Below, in pieces: positions 16,095 to 20,000 of a stretch of 20,000 bases of DNA. A model generated the notes under the pieces. It was not told where the DNA came from, searched no databases, and saw nothing but the letters and a program-made list of their open reading frames with translations. Position 1 is the stretch's first letter. Each line of letters opens with the position of its first letter. The stretch comes from an uncultured virus (IMG/VR IMGVR_UViG_3300045391_003788) (taxonomy: Duplodnaviria; Heunggongvirae; Uroviricota; Caudoviricetes), in IMG/VR virus record IMGVR_UViG_3300045391_003788; one strand, given 5' to 3'. Made by a program: the position numbers and the translations under genes.

Positions 16095-17768
16095 CTAGCC
16101 GAGGTGAACGGCACCAACGGCCCGCGTATACCGCGACGGGGAACCCCACTTCTTTTCCTCGGTCAGGGTTGCAGCCGCCTCGTGCGCCAAGATACCGGCC
16201 ATTGCTACGTCAATGTGCCTATGCGCATCGGGCTTCGACAGGATGTATCGGTCGGAAGGCTTGGCGGCCTTCCGGCAATTCGCCAGGTGATCCTCGGCGA
16301 TCGGATCACCATCGTGCTTGATTCGCCCGGTCTTGAAATCGGCCAGGGAGCGGACCAACGCATTGTGCATGGGGATGATTCGGTAGGTCGGCCAAGAAAT
16401 TACGACCTCTTCGCCGTACTTCACGCTCCAGGCGCCGATCTCCGAATGCCAGTCCTTCGGGTCGCAGAACATCATCCGGACCGTGTACTTACGGAAGATC
16501 TCGTCCACGGCGGCGTCGACCTCCGCGCGGGGGATCTCACCGCCCCACTCACTCGGGTCCCAGTAGGTCGGCCGGGCGTCCGGACCGTAGGTCGGGGTGA
16601 ACAGATAGTTGTCTTGGGTAACCAACCGGATGGCGGTCCAGTCCGAGGTCTCCGAACCGTCGAACCCGGCGGCGACCGGCGTGCCCCGGGGGACGATCTT
16701 CGGCGAGCGGGTGGCGTCGATCACACCGTCCGGTAGCCAGGCCCCCTGGCCCGCGACGATCCGGTTCCCGTAGAACCGCTCCGCCTGGGCCGGGTCCTCC
16801 AGCATGATCTCCATCGCCTCGGCCTCGATGGCGTTCAAGTCGACCCACCAGCAGCCTCGGTAGACGTGCTTCAGGATCTTGCGGCGGTCGCGCTGGTTGC
16901 CGAAGGACAGGTTGGCTGGGGCCAGCCGGTGGAACCGGAAGATGTCCGGGCGGCGCAGGGCGTTGCGGGCCGTCTTCTGGGCGACCGAGTTCTCCGACGG
17001 GTCCCAGCCGTTGGTCGTTTCCGTCGACCGGCCGGACATGCCCGAGAGGCCTCGCCGCTGGGTCGTGGCGACCTTGTCCATTTTGTTCTGAACTAACCAG
17101 ATTCCCGTCTCGTCCTGCGGCACAAAAGTGACACGCTGACCCAATCGGGACTGGTTGGACGAAGTAACGGTGTCGATCCGGCCGTCATTGTCCAGGCGGG
17201 TGAACTCCTCACCGATCCGGACGACAACCTCAGCGAGCGGGCCGTTCTCCACCATCGGCTTGAAGGCGCCGTAGATGTTGAAGGTCTGCTCCTCCGAATA
17301 CGCCGTGATCTGAATGAGCGGCGTCGGCCAGGGCGCACCCATCGGCTCGCCCGGGGCGTATTCGTAGACCCAGCCACAACCGCATCGATGATCGCGGCAG
17401 TCGTACTTTTCCCCGCCCCGGGCGAACCCGGCGAACATCGCCGGACCCATGCCCTCCAGGCAGACCTGGGCAGCCGTCATCGGGCCCTTACCGGCCTTCT
17501 GGGGCATGACGATCTGCGACCGGCGGTAGAAGAATGCGGGGGCGCCGATCAGAGGTCGCTCGTTGGTCGGGGCGGGTGCGTCAGACCGAATGCGGTAGTG
17601 GTTCGCGAAGACCCAGGCCTGCCAGTCGGCGAGGATGTACGGGTTGCCCTTGTGAAAACCGTCCGGGATGACGCAGTGTCGCTCCACCCATTCCAGGGCT
17701 ACCCACAGGACCGGGAAATCTACGCGGTACTCATCCTCGGTCGTCGGCGGCGATAGCACTTGGGACAT
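16095..17768 (-). CDS. terL: terminase large subunit
   Basis: 557 aa; LADWQ, Walker A-like PQKAGKG, Walker B FVPQDE, nuclease motifs GFDGSETSD, CDP and IDVAMA. Confidence 0.95.
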   Translation of the reverse strand: MSQVLSPPTTEDEYRVDFPVLWVALEWVERHCVIPDGFHKGNPYILADWQAWVFANHYRIRSDAPAPTNERPLIGAPAFFYRRSQIVMPQKAGKGPMTAAQVCLEGMGPAMFAGFARGGEKYDCRDHRCGCGWVYEYAPGEPMGAPWPTPLIQITAYSEEQTFNIYGAFKPMVENGPLAEVVVRIGEEFTRLDNDGRIDTVTSSNQSRLGQRVTFVPQDETGIWLVQNKMDKVATTQRRGLSGMSGRSTETTNGWDPSENSVAQKTARNALRRPDIFRFHRLAPANLSFGNQRDRRKILKHVYRGCWWVDLNAIEAEAMEIMLEDPAQAERFYGNRIVAGQGAWLPDGVIDATRSPKIVPRGTPVAAGFDGSETSDWTAIRLVTQDNYLFTPTYGPDARPTYWDPSEWGGEIPRAEVDAAVDEIFRKYTVRMMFCDPKDWHSEIGAWSVKYGEEVVISWPTYRIIPMHNALVRSLADFKTGRIKHDGDPIAEDHLANCRKAAKPSDRYILSKPDAHRHIDVAMAGILAHEAAATLTEEKKWGSPSRYTRAVGAVHLG

Positions 17769-18033
17769 GGAATGACTCCGGTACCTCGACGGTCCAACGA
17801 CTTGCCCAAAGCAACCAGTTTCCGCCGAGCAATGGATGGGCTGCTACCTGCGGATTGGTGAATTCGGGTGAGGTGTCGGTGACGACGTATCCCCCGGCCT
17901 CGGCGGCCTTCTGGTCGGCCTGCCGCCGCATGTACTCCATGCCCTCGCGCCAGAACCGCTCGTCCTGCATCTGGGTCAGGTCGTCCTCGGACATCGGGAT
18001 TTCCAGCCGGACCTCGACCTTTTCCCGCTTCAC
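17731..18033 (-). CDS. hypothetical protein between TerS and TerL
   Basis: 100 aa; GTG start overlaps the TerS stop (GTGA); coding-like composition; overlaps the TerL start by 38 nt. Confidence 0.6.
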   Translation of the reverse strand: MKREKVEVRLEIPMSEDDLTQMQDERFWREGMEYMRRQADQKAAEAGGYVVTDTSPEFTNPQVAAHPLLGGNWLLWASRWTVEVPESFHVPSAIAADDRG

Positions 18034-18611
18034 TCGTCGTCACCCACGTAGTCACCGTCGAATCCGTCGTTCTCGTCGTCCTCGTCCAGGTCGTCACTGG
18101 AACGGGAGATGACGGCCTGGCCCTTCAGCCGGTCACGGATCGTGCCGCCGTCGATGCTGATGACCGGGGCGATACCGAATTGGCCGCCATGTTCGTCCAG
18201 CGGCTCCTCGATCTTCTCGTCGATGACGCACCGGGCGGCCCGCAGCGCGAGCGGGGCGATCAACAGTTCCTGACCCATCTGCCGGAACGTGGTCAGCAGG
18301 GAGGCCTGGGCGTTCGTGCTCGCGCAGGTCAGCGCCGTCCGGACGTACGCCGCGACGTGCATCTCCATCCGCTGGCGCTTCCAAATGTGCGCCTGCGGGT
18401 ACTCGGTCCAGATGCGATTCCAGTACGCAATTTCCCGGACGGTGAGTGGAATGTCTTCGTCAATGGCCTCGATCGGCCATTCGGGCGCTTCCTTCAGGCC
18501 CCGGGCGGGAAGACGGGTCCAACTCGCCGCGTCATTCGGGCGGTTCCGGTTGAGCGCGCTGGGATCGGGGGCAGGTCCGGACGCGCCGGAACGAAATTGC
18601 TGTCGGGGCAT
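18030..18611 (-). CDS. terS: terminase small subunit
   Basis: SGPAPDPSAL.R.R, W..LPA, P.WP, W.RIW...PQAHIW and L.IAPLALRA motifs of actinophage small terminases; acidic tail. Start moved to ATG 18611 because the upstream extension crosses a long hairpin. Confidence 0.85.
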   Translation of the reverse strand: MPRQQFRSGASGPAPDPSALNRNRPNDAASWTRLPARGLKEAPEWPIEAIDEDIPLTVREIAYWNRIWTEYPQAHIWKRQRMEMHVAAYVRTALTCASTNAQASLLTTFRQMGQELLIAPLALRAARCVIDEKIEEPLDEHGGQFGIAPVISIDGGTIRDRLKGQAVISRSSDDLDEDDENDGFDGDYVGDDE

Positions 18612-18639
18612 GAAACAGAGCGTACGAAACACGGATGCA

Positions 18640-18691
18640 CGAAGGCCCCGGTTCGCTCTGCCCTGCGGAACGGAGCGAATCGGGGCCTTCG
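18640..18691. terminator. 21-bp hairpin upstream of terS
   Basis: 18640-18660 pairs with 18671-18691 (two G-U pairs when read on the + strand), 10-nt loop. Confidence 0.55.
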
Positions 18692-18780
18692 CGGGGATTC
18701 CCACGCACGACGAGCGTGGCGCCGCGCTGGACGCGCAACAACCACCCAGGTTGTGTGTATGGAGCGGCCAGGCTACGACA

Positions 18781-18939
18781 TCAGGTCAGATCGAGTACCT
18801 CAATACCGAGAACTTCACCGTCTGGTCCGAGGTCGAGGCTCACATTCGACCGCAACGCCATCGTCCGGACGATGTCCAGGTCGTCCCGCAACCGGATGTA
18901 GGCAGCCCGAGCCTCGATGTCGATCTCTACTCGGATCAT
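18781..18939 (-). CDS. DUF2283-like small protein (52 aa, not in the ORF track)
   Basis: MIRVEIDIEARAAYIRLRDDLDIVRTMALRSNVSLDLGPDGEVLGIEVLDLT matches the DUF2283 pattern D..A.AAYI.L...T...V.LD...DG.V.GIE.L. Confidence 0.75.
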   Translation of the reverse strand: MIRVEIDIEARAAYIRLRDDLDIVRTMALRSNVSLDLGPDGEVLGIEVLDLT

Positions 18940-18946
18940 GATTTGA

Positions 18947-19402
18947 TCACGAGTCGATCGAAGTGACGTCTAGGGCCAGCCGGTACTTCATGCTCCGGTA
19001 GGCATCCGCCGAGATCAGGTTCGTGGTGGCCGTCTTCCCGGCGCCGACGTGGTTCACCGCACCGGACAGGGTCGCCACCGGGTCCTCACCGTCCGGCGGA
19101 AGGATCGTCACCGTGATGAGCGCCGACCGGACGTGATCCGCCGTGTTGGTGATCCGGATCGTGCCACCCCAGTTCCCCAGGCTCGACTTCAGCGAATTGC
19201 CCGCCACCTGCCAGCCGTCCGCCTCCAGCACCTTCGGCACCGACGGGGCAGGCCTCGTGGACGTCTTCGGCGCCACGGCGGGCTGGGCCGCAGAACGGGT
19301 TGTCCGGACACTCCCGGTGGGGTCACTGGCCGACCCGGCAGAAGCCGCGCATCCGGCCAGCAGGAGGGCCAGCGGCAGCGTTACGAGCATGATCTTCTTC
19401 AT
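18947..19402 (-). CDS. lipoprotein with an Ig-like (FxLYD-like) domain
   Basis: MKK, hydrophobic core and lipobox LAG-C; Ser/Thr/Pro linker; GGTIRITNT...VNHVGAGKT beta domain. Confidence 0.8.
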   Translation of the reverse strand: MKKIMLVTLPLALLLAGCAASAGSASDPTGSVRTTRSAAQPAVAPKTSTRPAPSVPKVLEADGWQVAGNSLKSSLGNWGGTIRITNTADHVRSALITVTILPPDGEDPVATLSGAVNHVGAGKTATTNLISADAYRSMKYRLALDVTSIDS

Positions 19403-19641
19403 CAGAGTCGGTCCCAGATCGCGTTGTAGAGGTATCGGTCGCCGAACAGGTGGATATAGACGGACCGCTCGACCAGGTCGTCTGCCATGTCCGGCAGCGG
19501 CATCCTCTGGAAGTCGGTCGCCAGCAGGCCGCGCGCCGGGCGGGCGACGAAGATCCGTGGGGTCGCTCGGGGAACCATCATCTGGTGGCCGTCCATCGGG
19601 CCACCGATCAAGGTGACCATCACGCCCGTAGTGATCGACAT
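19402..19641 (-). CDS. small hypothetical phage protein with a GGPxDG motif
   Basis: GGGGAGG RBS before ATG 19641; LIGGPMDG motif common in small phage proteins; its stop overlaps the lipoprotein start (TGATG). Confidence 0.7.
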   Translation of the reverse strand: MSITTGVMVTLIGGPMDGHQMMVPRATPRIFVARPARGLLATDFQRMPLPDMADDLVERSVYIHLFGDRYLYNAIWDRL

Positions 19642-19665
19642 GGCTGTGACCTCCCCAAACGCAAA

Positions 19666-19731
19666 CGGCGATCGTTGCGAACGACGCTCATGGGCCGGAG
19701 TCAGTAGCCCCACCGTTCGCAACGATCGCCG
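19666..19731 (-). terminator. 18-bp perfect hairpin with U-rich tail directly upstream of an RBS
   Basis: CGGCGATCGTTGCGAACG (19666-19683) / CGTTCGCAACGATCGCCG (19714-19731); the minus strand continues TTTGCGTTT-GGGGAGG. Confidence 0.65.
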
Positions 19732-19927
19732 GATTGTGGTGCCCCCGTGTTGCGCACGGCCGGGGGCCACGCCGATGGCAGACCATGATCACGTCCATGC
19801 TTGCAGGCTCGCCGTGATCATGCCGCGCAGGTGCCTCGTGGTGCGCGGGACGAGGCTCGCCCGCATGCCGGACCTCGGCCGCAACGAGGTACGCCGTGAG
19901 AGCGGGCTGCGGAGAGGTTGCGAGGTC

Positions 19928-19964
19928 AGTGTGCCAGAACGGTGCACATTGTCAAGAACTTGAC
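19928..19964 (-). promoter_or_regulatory. candidate SigA-type promoter with an overlapping operator-like palindrome
   Basis: Minus strand TTGACA (19955-19950), 16-nt spacer ending TGG, then CACACT (19933-19928); palindrome GTCAAG-AA-CTTGAC (19951-19964) covers the -35. Confidence 0.45.
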
Positions 19965-20000
19965 CATGCCATGTTGTAAACCGGCGCACAGAAAATTGCC

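Noticed and set aside
16095..17768. Intein, intron or homing endonuclease in TerL (Cys-rich CRDHRCGCG segment)
   Set aside because: Normal TerL length and no intein splice or LAGLIDADG/HNH motifs; the Cys-rich segment looks like a small integral loop.
134..19989. Many other overlapping ORFs in the track (e.g. 134-1159, 372-1715, 3210-4112, 4257-5228, 7583-8425, 11751-12539, 15365-16321, 18180-18941, 19487-19963)
   Set aside because: They overlap well-supported genes or structured non-coding DNA in other frames or strands and have Arg/Pro/Gly-rich off-frame composition.
19975..20000. Possible proximity to the cos site or genome end
   Set aside because: The position upstream of terS is compatible, but the window ends here and no terminus can be shown from the sequence alone.

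Overview
High-GC sequence carrying the virion morphogenesis module of an actinobacterial siphovirus or prophage, read on the minus strand from right to left. Gene order: structured non-coding leader, three small accessory genes (GGPxDG protein, lipoprotein, DUF2283-like), TerS, hypothetical, TerL, portal, MuF-like/capsid-maturation protein, scaffold, major capsid, decoration protein, head-tail adaptor, a four-gene neck/fibre-like cassette, head closure, HK97-gp10-like, tail terminator, an opposite-strand GH18-like hydrolase insert with a hairpin-flanked 58-aa ORF, major tail protein, tail assembly chaperone with a -1 frameshift, tape measure (1134 aa), and the start of a minor tail gene. The most notable observations are: (1) scaffold and major capsid share an N-terminal leader P-[IL]-G-x-R-A-D-G-T-P-[IF]-[YW]-x-Y-x-G-[GA], a candidate common processing signal; (2) an antisense glycoside-hydrolase insert splits the tail genes; (3) several long intergenic hairpins share GCGAACG/CGTTCGC; (4) a multi-hairpin non-coding region lies upstream of the packaging genes. 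All product calls come from motif recognition and gene order; no database search was run.
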